Assembly (NCBI GenBank): GCA_963796285.1
Contig: CAWCKW010000012.1
Span: 480,001-544,000, forward strand
Direction of reading: 5' to 3'
Length of the DNA stretch: 64,000 nt
DNA from: Nitrospirota bacterium
GTDB taxonomy: Bacteria > Nitrospirota > UBA9217
Part shown: piece after piece, positions 1-13,779 of the stretch
Layout of the letters: every line of letters begins with the position of its first letter
How positions within the stretch are numbered: the first letter of the stretch is position 1
Program-made: the position numbers and the translations under genes
The notes under the pieces: model-generated
The model's database searches: none
Told to the model about the DNA's origin: nothing
The model's input: only the letters and a program-made list of their open reading frames with translations

Positions 1-607
<607 letters not shown>

Positions 608-634
608 CGTTAACAGAGCGCCGGGAGGTTATCC

Positions 635-1825
635 ATGAATCTGAATGAACTGCTCAAAACAACCTTTGAAAAAAAGGCCTCCGATCTGCATCTGAAGGTC
701 GGCGTGCCGCCCATCCTCAGGATCGACGGCAGGCTGGTCCCGATCGAGACCGAAAAGCGGACAACCCAGGAGGAAGCCCTTGCCATTGCCCTGGGTATCA
801 TGAACCCCGCACAGAAGGCAAAGTTCATGGAGAAAAAAGAGCTGGACATGGCCTACGCCGTTCCGGGGATGGGCCGCTTCCGCCTGAATGTGTTCCAGCA
901 GCGCGGCAGCGTGGGAATGGTGTTCCGCATGATCCCGACCAAGATACTGACCTTTGAGGAACTCATGCTTCCGACCGTGCTCCAGAAGGTTGGCAGCGAG
1001 CAGCGCGGTCTCATTCTCGTTACGGGAACGACCGGGAGCGGCAAGTCCACAACTCTCGCCGCGATGATCGATTACATCAACACGTCCCGGACTGCCAACG
1101 TCGTCACGATCGAAGACCCGATTGAATTTTTACATAGGGACAAGAAGAGCATCGTGAATCAGCGCGAGATCGGCTCGGACACATTCTCCTTTGGCGATGC
1201 CCTCCGGAGCGCTCTTCGGCAGGATCCGGATGTGATCCTTGTCGGCGAAATGCGAGACTTCGAGACCATCTCCATCGCCCTGACCGCCGCCGAGACCGGC
1301 CACCTGGTGCTCTCTACCCTGCACACGGTCGATGCGGCTGAGACGATCAACCGCGTCATCAGCGTCTTTCCGCCGTACCAGCAGAAACAGGTACGAATGC
1401 AGTTTGCCGCGGTAGTCAAAGGCATCATTTCCCAGCGTCTTGTTGCCCGGGCAGACGGCGCCGGCCGCGTGCCGGCGGTCGAAGTGTTGCTCGGCACGCT
1501 GTCGGTGCGAGAGGCCATCATCGATGAGACAAAGACCCGTCAGATACCGACGATCATTGCCGGCGGACAGCTTCACTACGGGATGCAGACCTTTGACCAG
1601 TCACTCCTCATGCTCTACAAGAAGGGGACCATCACCTACGAAGAGGCGCTGATGACGGCGAGCAATCCAGACGACTTCGCTCTCAGGGTCAAAGGCATCC
1701 AGTCGACGAGCGATATGTCGATGGAGGCGGAAGAGAAGAGAACTTCAGGTATTAAAGAAAACATTGGCGGAGTAAATAAAGCGACGGACAGCGAATTCAA
1801 GATAGACCGGTTCGGGGACAAGTAG
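635..1825 (+). CDS. pilT: Type IV pilus retraction ATPase, PilT/PilU family
   Basis: ASDLHL, Walker A GTTGSGKST, TIEDPIE, LRQDPDVILVGEMRD, AETGHLVLSTLHT. Confidence 0.93.
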   Translation: MNLNELLKTTFEKKASDLHLKVGVPPILRIDGRLVPIETEKRTTQEEALAIALGIMNPAQKAKFMEKKELDMAYAVPGMGRFRLNVFQQRGSVGMVFRMIPTKILTFEELMLPTVLQKVGSEQRGLILVTGTTGSGKSTTLAAMIDYINTSRTANVVTIEDPIEFLHRDKKSIVNQREIGSDTFSFGDALRSALRQDPDVILVGEMRDFETISIALTAAETGHLVLSTLHTVDAAETINRVISVFPPYQQKQVRMQFAAVVKGIISQRLVARADGAGRVPAVEVLLGTLSVREAIIDETKTRQIPTIIAGGQLHYGMQTFDQSLLMLYKKGTITYEEALMTASNPDDFALRVKGIQSTSDMSMEAEEKRTSGIKENIGGVNKATDSEFKIDRFGDK

Positions 1826-1843
1826 TCAATTGCGGATTGTAGA

Positions 1844-2326
1844 TTGCGGAATTCGGATTTAGAAAAAAAAGAATTGACGAGGGCAAAGAATACCGCCTAT
1901 CGTTTACTCGCCTTCCGGCCGAGAAGCCGGGCGGAGCTTGAAACAAAGCTTCACGATAAGGAATTTGATGCCGCGATCATCTCGGCTGTTCTTGACGACC
2001 TGGCGCGGTTCGGTTATGTGAATGATCGACAGTTTGCGAACCAGTGGGCGCGGAGCAGGATCAGGCTTCGGGGGTTCGGCAGGCGCAGGATCGAGCAGGA
2101 ACTCAAGAACAAGGGGATAGACAGGGAGATTATCAGGGAGGTCTTTGCAGAGGTTTTTATCGATGAAACGGAGATCGAGACCGCGAAGCAGGTTGCGGGG
2201 AAAAAAATCAATGCGATGAAGTGCCTTGACCGAGAGACCCGCAGGCGGCGGCTTGCAGGGTTTCTGGAACGGAAGGGGTTCTCTTTTGAAATTATAGGGG
2301 CCGTTTTGCGTGATGCTTGCAAATAA
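1844..2326 (+). CDS. recX: RecX regulatory protein
   Basis: AYRLLAFRPRSRAEL, GYVNDRQFA, GRRRIEQELKNKGI, FLERKGF; recA-linked; start uncertain (TTG inside a heptamer repeat). Confidence 0.9.
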   Translation: MRNSDLEKKELTRAKNTAYRLLAFRPRSRAELETKLHDKEFDAAIISAVLDDLARFGYVNDRQFANQWARSRIRLRGFGRRRIEQELKNKGIDREIIREVFAEVFIDETEIETAKQVAGKKINAMKCLDRETRRRRLAGFLERKGFSFEIIGAVLRDACK

Positions 2327-2464
2327 CAATTGCCTCTCACGCGGAGGACGCAGAGGAAAACGGTTCCACTGAACAAGCTGATTTGCCGCAATACTATCCT
2401 TCGTCTCTGTTCTCTGGCTCCCCCGTAAGGGAAACAAAACTCTAATGGGGTAAATCTGTAGTAA

Positions 2465-5133
<2,669 letters not shown>

Positions 5134-5416
5134 ATTCCCGAAGAATAGGGCTTTGCGCCGGTTTTGTCGACAGGTTTTTTCCCGTTCTCTCTCACCAGGC
5201 TGCAAGTTATGTTATAATTTAGGTATGCTAACCCGGACAAGCCGGAACATAAACCCTTTTTGCCGCAGAGGATACAGAGTTTAAAATATATGACACATTT
5301 GATTGTCCCGAAATACGACAAGCCTCTATCTAAGTGCTTCGTGGAATCTGGTGCTAAATATTTTAGCCATATTGTGGAGAAGTTGTTTTATAACTAATTA
5401 AACCAAGGAGGTTACC

Positions 5417-5737
5417 ATGACGGTCGCAGATATGCTCAAGAAAGCAATGCTGGCAGGGCTGGGAGCGCAGGAAAAGGCCAAGGAATTCGTCGATGAACTG
5501 GTCAAGGCAGGGGAACTGTCCAAGAGCGATGGCGCCACGCTTGTGAAAGAGTGGGCATCCAAGGCCGAGGAAAGCACCAAGGACATTGACCTTAAGATCA
5601 AGGACGCGATTGGGGGCGCGTTCGAGAAACTGAATATCCCGACACGGGACGACCTTGAAAAGCTTGAGAAGAAGATACAGGGCATTTCGGCCCGACTCTC
5701 GAAAGTAGAGGGCGGGGATGGGAAAGGCGGGGCATAA
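5417..5737 (+). CDS. Phasin-like (PHA granule-associated) coiled-coil protein
   Basis: LAGLGA...ELVKAGELS...LNIPTRDDLEKLEKKI; RBS AAGGAGG; typically paired with an ABC1 kinase. Confidence 0.75.
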   Translation: MTVADMLKKAMLAGLGAQEKAKEFVDELVKAGELSKSDGATLVKEWASKAEESTKDIDLKIKDAIGGAFEKLNIPTRDDLEKLEKKIQGISARLSKVEGGDGKGGA

Positions 5738-5758
5738 GGTCAGAGCCCTGGCGCGCTG

Positions 5759-7465
5759 ATGCCTTTGTTGGGATCCAGGAGAAGACATTTCCGGGACATT
5801 CCGCGGATCGCTCGGATCATCGCGGTGGCATCCCGCCACGGGTTCGGCCACCTTGTCGAGCAGATGGGTCTGCAGCGTTTTTTCTCGCTCGGCAGGCGAA
5901 TTACTACGTTCAAAACACCCCCCTCCCTCGAACACCGCTTGAGCGCTCCGGAGCGCCTCAGGCTTATGTTCGAGGAACTGGGGCCTACGTTCATCAAACT
6001 CGGGCAGGTGCTGGCATGTCGTCCGGACATGCTGCCTATCGAGTACTCCCGTGAACTCACCAAATTAACGGACGCTGTTGCCCCCTTTCCCTTCCAAATA
6101 GCCAAGGAAATCATTGAGCAGGACCTGCATGGTCCTGTTGAGCGCATCTTTGCCGCCTTTGACGACATTCCCGTGGCCGCGGCATCCATCGCACAGGTAC
6201 ACCGGGCAACGCTCCTTGACGGCTCCAAGGTAATGGTAAAGGTCCAGCGGCCCGATATCGACGCCATCATCGATCGGGACATCAGCATCATGCGGGGGAT
6301 CGCCGACCTCATCGAATCGCGGGTCCCGGAGCTGGCGCCATACAATGTCCCGGGGATCGTGGATGAGTTCGCGCATACCATTAAAAAGGAGCTCGATTTT
6401 TTCATCGAAGCTGCAAACGCGGCACAGCTCAGGAATAACTTTGACAAGAGCGATGTCCTGTACATTCCACGCATATACAGTGAGCTTTCGACCAAGCGGG
6501 TGCTGGTGCTTGAGAGGATCGAAGGCATCCGGATCGATGATTTTCAGCGGCTCGAACAGGCAGGTTTCGACCGCCGGGAAATCGCACTCAAGGGCGCTGC
6601 CGCCTTTTTTAAAATGGTGCTCCGGGACGGGCTCTTTCATGCTGACCCGCACCCGGGGAACATCTTCGTCCTCCCCGACGGCCGGCTCGGCCTTGTCGAC
6701 TTTGGCATCATGGGCAGGGTCACGGAAGAGAATATGGAGCTCTTCGCAAATATATTCGTTGCGCTGGCGGAACATAATTATGATGCCCTTGTTCGGCAGT
6801 ATATAAGCCTGGGTTTCGTGTCCGAAGAGTCCGTGAACATAGAAAAATTCGAACGCGAGATGAAAGAGGACCTTGCCGAGCTTCTGGAACCCTATTACGG
6901 CATGCAGGTGAAGCAGATCGACTTCGGTGCCTACATCGACCGCGTTACCCATATTCTCCTTCGCCATAAGCTGAGGCAGCCCTCGAACCTCTACCTTATG
7001 GACAAGGCGCTCATCACGCTCGAAGGGCTTCTGAAGCAGCTCGATCCGTCATTCAACTATTTTGAAGCGGCACAGCCCTATGTGGCCGAACTGGTCCGCC
7101 GCAGACGAAACCCCCTCCGCGCCGTACAGGCCATTCGGAAGAACATGGCGGACTTCGCTGACGTCTTTTCGCAACTGCCGCGACAGTTGAAAGCGACGTA
7201 TCGGAAATTCATGCAGGGCGACCTGAAGGTCACTATCCATCACGAGGGCCTGACTCAGCTGATCAAGGACCTCGATAAAGCGAGCAATCGGCTTTCGTTC
7301 AGCATTATTACCGCGGCCATCATTGTGGCGTCTTCCATCATCATCCATTCGGGCACGGGACCGATGCTTTTCGGCTTGCCGACGTTCGGCCTGATAGGGT
7401 ATGTTATAGCAGCACTGCTGGGACTCTGGATCCTGGTGGGAATCTTACGCTCGGGACAGCTTTGA
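5759..7465 (+). CDS. ABC1/UbiB/AarF family atypical kinase
   Basis: ELGPTFIKLGQ, AAASIAQVHRA, VKVQRP, FHADPHPGN, DFG; two C-terminal TM helices. Confidence 0.93.
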   Translation: MPLLGSRRRHFRDIPRIARIIAVASRHGFGHLVEQMGLQRFFSLGRRITTFKTPPSLEHRLSAPERLRLMFEELGPTFIKLGQVLACRPDMLPIEYSRELTKLTDAVAPFPFQIAKEIIEQDLHGPVERIFAAFDDIPVAAASIAQVHRATLLDGSKVMVKVQRPDIDAIIDRDISIMRGIADLIESRVPELAPYNVPGIVDEFAHTIKKELDFFIEAANAAQLRNNFDKSDVLYIPRIYSELSTKRVLVLERIEGIRIDDFQRLEQAGFDRREIALKGAAAFFKMVLRDGLFHADPHPGNIFVLPDGRLGLVDFGIMGRVTEENMELFANIFVALAEHNYDALVRQYISLGFVSEESVNIEKFEREMKEDLAELLEPYYGMQVKQIDFGAYIDRVTHILLRHKLRQPSNLYLMDKALITLEGLLKQLDPSFNYFEAAQPYVAELVRRRRNPLRAVQAIRKNMADFADVFSQLPRQLKATYRKFMQGDLKVTIHHEGLTQLIKDLDKASNRLSFSIITAAIIVASSIIIHSGTGPMLFGLPTFGLIGYVIAALLGLWILVGILRSGQL

Positions 7466-7714
7466 GCTTGCGCAATGCCGGAATAACACTGTATCCGCTC
7501 CGCTGCCCCTTCCCTTCGAGAAGTGAGAAAAGGGAGGGGATGGATCTTGGTAGAATATGGAATAAAGACATATTTGTGCTACGACAGTCATTGTATGTAC
7601 AAGATAAATCCAGTCAATCTTATGCTTCTGTTCGAGTCTATTTAGCAAGACAGCTTGTCTGGAACTGACGTTTGGAATACATGATTCAATAACCTCCTTG
7701 TTGTGTGGGGAACG

Positions 7715-8773
7715 ATGCGAAAAATAGCAAAAAAGAATCTCTGGCTGTTATTCCTGATCTCTACCGCGGCGCTGACAGCCGTTATCCATCTGTATATTGC
7801 CCTCTTTATCCCGCCCTCCAATGAGAAGGTTTGGAAAGAGGTCCAGGTGACCGAAGGGATGAGCTTGAAAGCGATCGCGGGGACCCTGCAGAAAGAAGGC
7901 ATCATCCGCTTCCGGGTATACTTCGAGATCATCGGCAGGTTGCAGGGCTTCAGCCGCAATGTACACGTGGGCTACTACGGGTTGAACACGCACATGAGTT
8001 TATGGGAGGTCCTGGATATCCTGCGAAAGGGCAGGATCATCGAATATGAGATCGTGGTCCCCGAGGGATATAACCTGTACCAGATCGCCTGGACACTGTC
8101 CGGCACTCCGCTTATTTCCGAACCCCATGAGTTCATTGATCTGGTGAAAAATAAGAAATATGTCCATTCTCTCGGTATCGAGGCTGATACCCTCGAAGGA
8201 TACCTCTTCCCTGACACGTACTATCTGCCCAAGGGCATCAAGCTTGAAGATATTCCAAAAAAGATGGTTCAGCGATATAAGGTTGTATTCACTGACAGCA
8301 AAAGAAAACGTGCGGAGGAACTCGGGTTCACCGAGCAGCAGATCATTACCCTTGCTTCGATCGTGGAAAAAGAGGCCAAGGTTGATTCGGAGCGCAAGCT
8401 CATCTCCGCAGTGTATCATAACCGGCTGAAGCTGGGGATGAAGCTCCAGGCAGATCCCACCGCAGTGTACGGCACCAAGGCGTGGATCACAACGGTCACC
8501 AGGGAGGACTTGAAGCGACGGTCACCTTATAACACCTATCTCCACAAGGGTCTCCCTCCGGGTCCTATCGCGAACCCTGGTGAGGGTGCGATCCTTGCCG
8601 CTCTTTATCCAGAGAATGTGGACTATCTCTTCTTTGTCGCTCAGGGAGACGGCAGCCACTTTTTCTCAAAGGATTTCGGTTCTCATGAAAAGGCTATTGG
8701 CAGGTACCGGTCGAACAAGAAAAGGGTGAAGCAGCAGGGGCAGGAGAAGCAGTCCGCAGTCAGCAGTCAGTAG
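7715..8773 (+). CDS. mltG: Endolytic transglycosylase MltG (YceG)
   Basis: LEGYLFPDTY, LASIVEKEA, LQADPT, SPYNTYLHKGLPPGPIANPG. Confidence 0.95.
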   Translation: MRKIAKKNLWLLFLISTAALTAVIHLYIALFIPPSNEKVWKEVQVTEGMSLKAIAGTLQKEGIIRFRVYFEIIGRLQGFSRNVHVGYYGLNTHMSLWEVLDILRKGRIIEYEIVVPEGYNLYQIAWTLSGTPLISEPHEFIDLVKNKKYVHSLGIEADTLEGYLFPDTYYLPKGIKLEDIPKKMVQRYKVVFTDSKRKRAEELGFTEQQIITLASIVEKEAKVDSERKLISAVYHNRLKLGMKLQADPTAVYGTKAWITTVTREDLKRRSPYNTYLHKGLPPGPIANPGEGAILAALYPENVDYLFFVAQGDGSHFFSKDFGSHEKAIGRYRSNKKRVKQQGQEKQSAVSSQ

Positions 8774-8850
8774 TCGGCAGTCACGGCCGCGGATCCCTCA
8801 TTCCGCATAGGCACCTATATATCGATCAAGCTGTTTCTCTTTTGACACGA

Positions 8851-9258
8851 TTAATTATCAAGCATGACGGAGAATCCCGAGAAGGGGGGGAAGGAACTCA
8901 CCTTTGCCGGAAGGCCCCGCGAATCGAATTTTCCATATGCCATCGAGTCGTCGAAGAATCTGATGGTCTGTTTTGTCGCGTCGATCTCGAATTTTCCCCC
9001 ACCGACGATGTCCCATTCCTGGTCATAGATATCGTATCGCTTTCTTTCAGGATCATAGCTCCCCTCAATCCCCTTGTCGAGGCAGAACCGCTCCACGATG
9101 TTGGCATGATATTTAGTAAATTCCTTTGGCGACAGAATGAGATATTCCATTGATCCGTTCCGGATCTGGACGAACTTGCCGATGATTACCGGCGGAACGT
9201 CTGTCTTCGCGATGGCGGTATAGTAGAGAGGCGAGTAATCGATCAATTCGAAGGCCAT
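8851..9258 (-). CDS. Putative phosphohistidine phosphatase, PHPT1/Janus-Ocnus-like
   Basis: Ordered motifs GKFVQIR, YHANI, GGGKF, TIRFFDDSMAYG match PHPT1 FKYVLIR, YHADI, GGGRI, KIHVYGYSMAYG; 135 aa. Confidence 0.7.
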   Translation of the reverse strand: MAFELIDYSPLYYTAIAKTDVPPVIIGKFVQIRNGSMEYLILSPKEFTKYHANIVERFCLDKGIEGSYDPERKRYDIYDQEWDIVGGGKFEIDATKQTIRFFDDSMAYGKFDSRGLPAKVSSFPPFSGFSVMLDN

Positions 9259-9405
9259 GGCTAAAGTATATCATGTGTTAGCGACCAGGAGGAAGGGGAG
9301 AAGGGTAGAGGGGGGAGGAAGCTAATAGGTTGGCATAAAGACTACACCTACAACTCTGCAATTTCATTCGACGCAACAAGCATGTAAATACGGGTTGTTA
9401 ATTAG

Positions 9406-9465
9406 CACGAACGACTCAGCTGAGGGTGCGATTTTAGCGACCTTCTCCAGCGACAATGGCTAGAC
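9406..9465 (+). other. Degenerate attC-like hairpin
   Basis: CACGAAC...GCTGAGGGTGCG / GCGACCTTCTCCAGC...GCTAGAC, 60 bp; both core boxes imperfect. Confidence 0.3.
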
Positions 9466-9514
9466 ATCTGTGTAGGTTCCAATCCAGTTTACACGACCTG
9501 CCGACTGAATGAAT

Positions 9515-10510
9515 TTATTGCCACACCATGATTCGACCTTCATTACCCTTAAGTTGCTCTCTTTCCCCGTCTTAACATTTAATACAAATATCATATTGAT
9601 TACATATTGCCTGTCATTATACATAAGTAACAAGCATCAGGTGACCAAACTGCTGGTTCTTCAACCCATATTTCTTCGGTTAGCTTCTTGCTAGTCTGTG
9701 GAGCCAGAATATAGATAAATGAATGCTTAATCTGATAGTTCTCTATTTCAAGCAAAGCAGTTTTTTCTTTACTTTGTGATGACATTATTTTCTCAAATTC
9801 TCCGGTCTTCATTTTGGAATGGGCTATTATCCTCTTAATTATGGACTCGTCTACATCATGAGATAGGTACACAATTTTAGTCCCATCATTAGACACAGTT
9901 GGTGCATAGCCAAAATCAATAATCTTTGTTTCTTCATTTGTTACACTGTCAAAGATGTATATTTTATAGTCCTTCGTACTAACCGCTAATCTTTTTCCGT
10001 CCGGGAACCATGATGGTTTGAATCGCGCCAAGCCAAGATAGAAATTTGCACGTTAGCTGAGCCATCATTTCGAGTAAAATCAAATACCAATCCTTAATCC
10101 AGTCTTCTTGTAATCTCTCATCTGGGTTTCTTGTTTTTACCTGCAAGTAGGCAATGCTTTTACCATCGGGAGAAAAAGATGGGTTCCTCGTAACGTTTTT
10201 CGATGAGATTGTGTTCGACCTTTTGTTATCTGAATATATTAGTAACCTAAAGTCTTCATCTCCTGTAGTCGTAATCACCCTTTTTCTTCCATCACGCGAC
10301 ACGTCAAAATCGTTTACAAGGGAAACAGAGTCGATTGTAATTGCTTTCTGATTGTCCTGAAGATAAGCCAAACTTTTCCATGTGCCAATTTGATACAACT
10401 TCGACATAACCAACACATTTGTCGAGCATGTTTCTGGCGCTTTAAGCATTTGTTGTCATTTGAATTGTAAGAAGTAATATGATTGTTGAGAGATAAAAGA
10501 ACCTCTTCAT
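9515..10510 (-). CDS. Secreted TolB/PD40 beta-propeller protein, several frameshifts, AT-rich
   Basis: RBS AGGAGG then MKRFFYLSTIILLL signal peptide; NPSFSPDGKSIAY, PSWFPDGKRLAV, PTVSNDGTKIVY, PAVWSPD repeats. Confidence 0.7.
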
Positions 10511-10562
10511 TTAGAATGCCTCCTACGATTGAAACAATATATTAAAGACGACTAGCTATTTA

Positions 10563-10609
10563 TTGAGTAGACCCCTATGATTATGCGCAAATCTACGGGG
10601 TCTACTCAA
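10563..10609. repeat. 13-bp perfect inverted repeat
   Basis: TTGAGTAGACCCC ... GGGGTCTACTCAA. Confidence 0.8.
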
Positions 10610-10717
10610 CACCGCAATATGGGTTCATAGTTAGGTAGTCGATTGCACAATTCTAAGTGAACTCTTGGTTTTTCGATGTATATGCTAATTGCAATAGTAC
10701 AGGAAGTAATGCTCAGC

Positions 10718-11524
10718 CTACTCCCGCTGCCTCGGGTCGAGCGCATCGCGAATTCCTTCTCCGAGCAGGTTGTAGCCGAGTACGGTGATGAGGATCGCAA
10801 GGCCGGGGAAGGCCGAAAGCCACCAGGCGATCTCGATGTTGTCCTTGCCTGAGGACAGCAGGCTGCCCCAGCTCGGGGTAGGGGGCTGAACGCCGAGGCC
10901 GAGAAAGCTCAAGGCCGACTCGATAAGGATCGCGCCGCCGATGCCCATGGTTGCGGAGACGAGGATCGGGGAGAGGCCGTTCGGCAGGACGTGCTTCATG
11001 ATGATGCGGCCGTCGGTGGCGCCGATGGCGCGCGCGGCGATCACGAACTCGCGTTCTTTGAGCGAGATGAACTCGGCGCGGATGAGCCGGGCAGGCTCCA
11101 TCCAGCTGGTGAGCCCGATCACGATCATGATATTGATGATGCTCGGTTCGAGGATGGCGATCACTGCCAGGATCAGGAAGATCGTGGGGATGCTCAGCAT
11201 GATATCCACGGCCCGCATGATCGCGCTGTCGATATAACCACCGTAGTAGCCTGCAATGGCGCCGAGAATGATGCCGAGGATCGTTGCTATTCCGACTGCC
11301 ACGAATCCCACCTCAAGCGAGATCCTTCCGCCCCAGAGCATGCGCGAGAGCACGTCCCTGCCGAGGTCGTCCGTGCCAAGCAGGTGCGAAAAACTCGGTC
11401 CGACGAGGATGTTCTTGATGTCGATGGTGGAGGGGTTATAGGGCGCGACCAGCGGAGCGAAGATGGAAAGGATGAAGATGAGCAGCACCAGCATCCCGCC
11501 GATGACGGCGAGCTTGTTCTTCAT
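10718..11524 (-). CDS. Peptide/nickel ABC transporter permease, OppC/DppC family
   Basis: HLLGTDDLGRDVLSR, EFVIAARAIGA, ESALSFLGLGVQPPTPSWG. Confidence 0.95.
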   Translation of the reverse strand: MKNKLAVIGGMLVLLIFILSIFAPLVAPYNPSTIDIKNILVGPSFSHLLGTDDLGRDVLSRMLWGGRISLEVGFVAVGIATILGIILGAIAGYYGGYIDSAIMRAVDIMLSIPTIFLILAVIAILEPSIINIMIVIGLTSWMEPARLIRAEFISLKEREFVIAARAIGATDGRIIMKHVLPNGLSPILVSATMGIGGAILIESALSFLGLGVQPPTPSWGSLLSSGKDNIEIAWWLSAFPGLAILITVLGYNLLGEGIRDALDPRQRE

Positions 11525-11600
11525 GAGGTAATGAAGCGTTTGGGATGTGAAGGATTCGTTGTTAATTGCTCATGTATATGCCCTGATTGTTTGCTTCAAT

Positions 11601-11623
11601 CGCAGGCTAAAGCCTGCGGCTAC
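11601..11623 (-). repeat. GTAG-type REP-like palindrome
   Basis: Minus strand GTAGCCGCAGGCTTTAGCCTGCG. Confidence 0.55.
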
Positions 11624-11649
11624 CAAATTTGCCCTTGACCCTATGACAC

Positions 11650-12622
11650 TTATTTCAATCTCACCCTCGGATCAGTAAAGGCATACCCGATGTCCGCCAG
11701 GAAGTTCCCGAGCAGGGTCAGAAACGCGGCGGGCACTAGAATTCCCATGACAAGGTTATAGTCCCGCGACATGACCGACTGGAACATGAGCTGCCCCATG
11801 CCGGGAATGCCGAAGACCTGTTCAATGATCACACTGCCGCCGATGATGCCGGGGAGTGACAGGCCTAAAATGGTGATAACCGGCATGAGCGCGTTCCTGA
11901 GCGCGTGTTTGTAAATGACCACGCTCTCGGAAAGCCCCTTGGCCCTGGCTGTGCGGATGTAGTCTTGCCGCATGACCTCGAGCATGTTATTCCGGACGTA
12001 ACGCGAGAATCCTGCCAGCCCGCCGAAGGACAACACGAAGACCGGCAGGATCAGATGCTGGGACCTGTCCATGAGCCTGTCCCAGCCCGAGAGACCCGTC
12101 ACATCCAGGCTCTGGATGCCGGATATCGGAAGCACACCCCACTGCACACCGAACAGATAGATGAGCAGGAGCGCCAGCCAGAACGAGGGCGTGGAAAATC
12201 CTATGAAAACGAAGATGGTCGTGAACCGGTCGAGGAGCGAGTATTGCCGGGTGGCGGACATGATACCGATGGGGATGGCGATCAGCAGCACGAGCCCGAG
12301 TGAGAGCAGATTGATCGTGAGCGTGATCGGAAGGCGTTCGAGGATCTTGTCCTTGACCTTGCGGCCGTCGGCAAAGGCCTCGCCGAAATCGAGGGTCACG
12401 AACTTTGTGAGCCACGTGGCGTACTGTTTGTAAAAGGGCTGATCAGCGCCGTAGAGCTTGCGGAGACGCTCCCGCGCCTCTGCTGATGCCCTGTGCGGAG
12501 AATTCCATCTGCGCTTCGGCCGGTCCGCCCGGGGCGAGGCGCATGACGCCGAAGCTCAGCACGGTGATGCCGAGGAGAATGGGGATCATCAGGAGCGTGC
12601 GTTTAATAAAGTAGATGAGCAT
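11650..12622 (-). CDS. Peptide ABC transporter permease, OppB/DppB family, frameshift ~12490
   Basis: [20 protein letters not shown]...LAPGGPA; [31 protein letters not shown]. Confidence 0.93.
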
Positions 12623-12632
12623 TGCCAGGCGT

Positions 12633-12886
12633 TTATCCAGTGACCTTGTATACAAGATCGAAGGGCTTTGCAGTCTGGGAAAGCTTGATGCCGATGAACT
12701 GGCCGCGGATGGCTTTCTGGACCGGATGGTGGTCGAATTCCAGATCTCGATCTTCTGCGTAAAGTCGGTGTCGTTTCCCTTTACGTGGATGGAATCACCC
12801 ATCGCGAGGTCGCCGAAATCCAGCTTGACCGCTGCGATCGAGGTTTTGTCGAAAAATTTGATCACTGATCCGATTCGCTCTTCCAT
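12633..12886 (-). CDS. Small 'translation elongation factor-like' beta-barrel protein (U32 peptidase C-terminal-like), frameshifted
   Basis: MEERIGSVIKFFDKTSIAAVKL..GDSIHVKGNDTDFTQKIE; second frame ...GQFIGIKL...DLVYKV. Confidence 0.7.
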
Positions 12887-12993
12887 GAGGGTAATCATAG
12901 TATAAATTGAGCGTCATTTCAAGGGAAAAGGGTTTTGCCCAAAGACAGGGAGGAGAGAGCGCCGAAAATGCATACGAGACGGGCACATAGCGC

Positions 12994-13022
12994 TTGACAA
13001 TACAGGGGAGTGTGAGTATTAT
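12994..13022 (+). promoter_or_regulatory. Sigma70 promoter of tRNA cluster
   Basis: TTGACA-17-TATTAT. Confidence 0.75.
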
Positions 13023-13059
13023 ATGGCCTACCAGTCAGGGTAAATGTGTGGTTATACCT

Positions 13060-13136
13060 CGGGGCGTGGCGCAGCCCGGTAGCGCGTCTGCTTTGGGAGC
13101 AGAAAGCCGGAGGTTCAAATCCTCTCGCCCCGACCA
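13060..13136 (+). tRNA. tRNA-Pro(TGG)
   Basis: Cloverleaf, anticodon arm TCTGC-TT TGG GA-GCAGA, 3' CCA. Confidence 0.97.
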
Positions 13137-13214
13137 GTTTAAAATTGGAAATGAAGATTAAATTGTAAATTTTAAATATTTCAATCTGTACTTTTCAATG
13201 GAGTGTAGCGACAA

Positions 13215-13291
13215 GCGCCTGTAGCTCAGCTGGATAGAGCAACAGCCTTCTAAGCTGTGGGCCATGGGTTCGAATCCCGTCAGGCGCACCA
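13215..13291 (+). tRNA. tRNA-Arg(TCT)
   Basis: ACAGC-CT TCT AA-GCTGT, GTTCGAATC, CCA. Confidence 0.97.
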
Positions 13292-13386
13292 ATAGATGAA
13301 AATAATAAAAAATAAATAGAAATATTATATTTTTTAAGGTATCATAACCCCTGTTATTTTTTTCATCAATTTCTTGGTTTTTTCAC

Positions 13387-13463
13387 GGTGGGCGTAGCTC
13401 AGTTGGTAGAGCTCCAGGTTGTGGCCCTGGTGGCCGCGGGTTCAAGCCCCGTCGCTCACCCCA
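13387..13463 (+). tRNA. tRNA-His(GTG)
   Basis: G-1 present, CCAGG-TT GTG GC-CCTGG, CCA. Confidence 0.97.
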
Positions 13464-13473
13464 ATTTTCGATC

Positions 13474-13501
13474 GTAGAGACGGTCATCTCGCCGTCTCTA
13501 C
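13474..13501. repeat. GTAG-type REP-like palindrome
   Basis: GTAGAGACGG-TCATCTCG-CCGTCTCTAC. Confidence 0.6.
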
Positions 13502-13527
13502 AGCTTTTATGAGGTGTTTTATCTGCC

Positions 13528-13604
<77 letters not shown>

Positions 13605-13686
13605 AAGATAAAGCAAATGAAAGATGCGGAACGAGACCAACGACGCAGTGCAGCGTCCAATCGAATCCGAAGCGAGTTAATTAATC

Positions 13687-13763
13687 GCGCCCGTAGCTCA
13701 GCTGGATAGAGCGTTGGCCTCCGAAGCCAAAGGTCGCGTGTTCGACTCACGCCGGGCGCACCA
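13687..13763 (+). tRNA. tRNA-Arg(CCG)
   Basis: TTGGC-CT CCG AA-GCCAA, CCA. Confidence 0.96.
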
Positions 13764-13779
13764 GAAAAAACAAATACTT

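Noticed and set aside
12443-12898. Single 151-aa fusion ORF
   Set aside because: Produced by frameshifts joining the small beta-barrel gene to the start of oppB.
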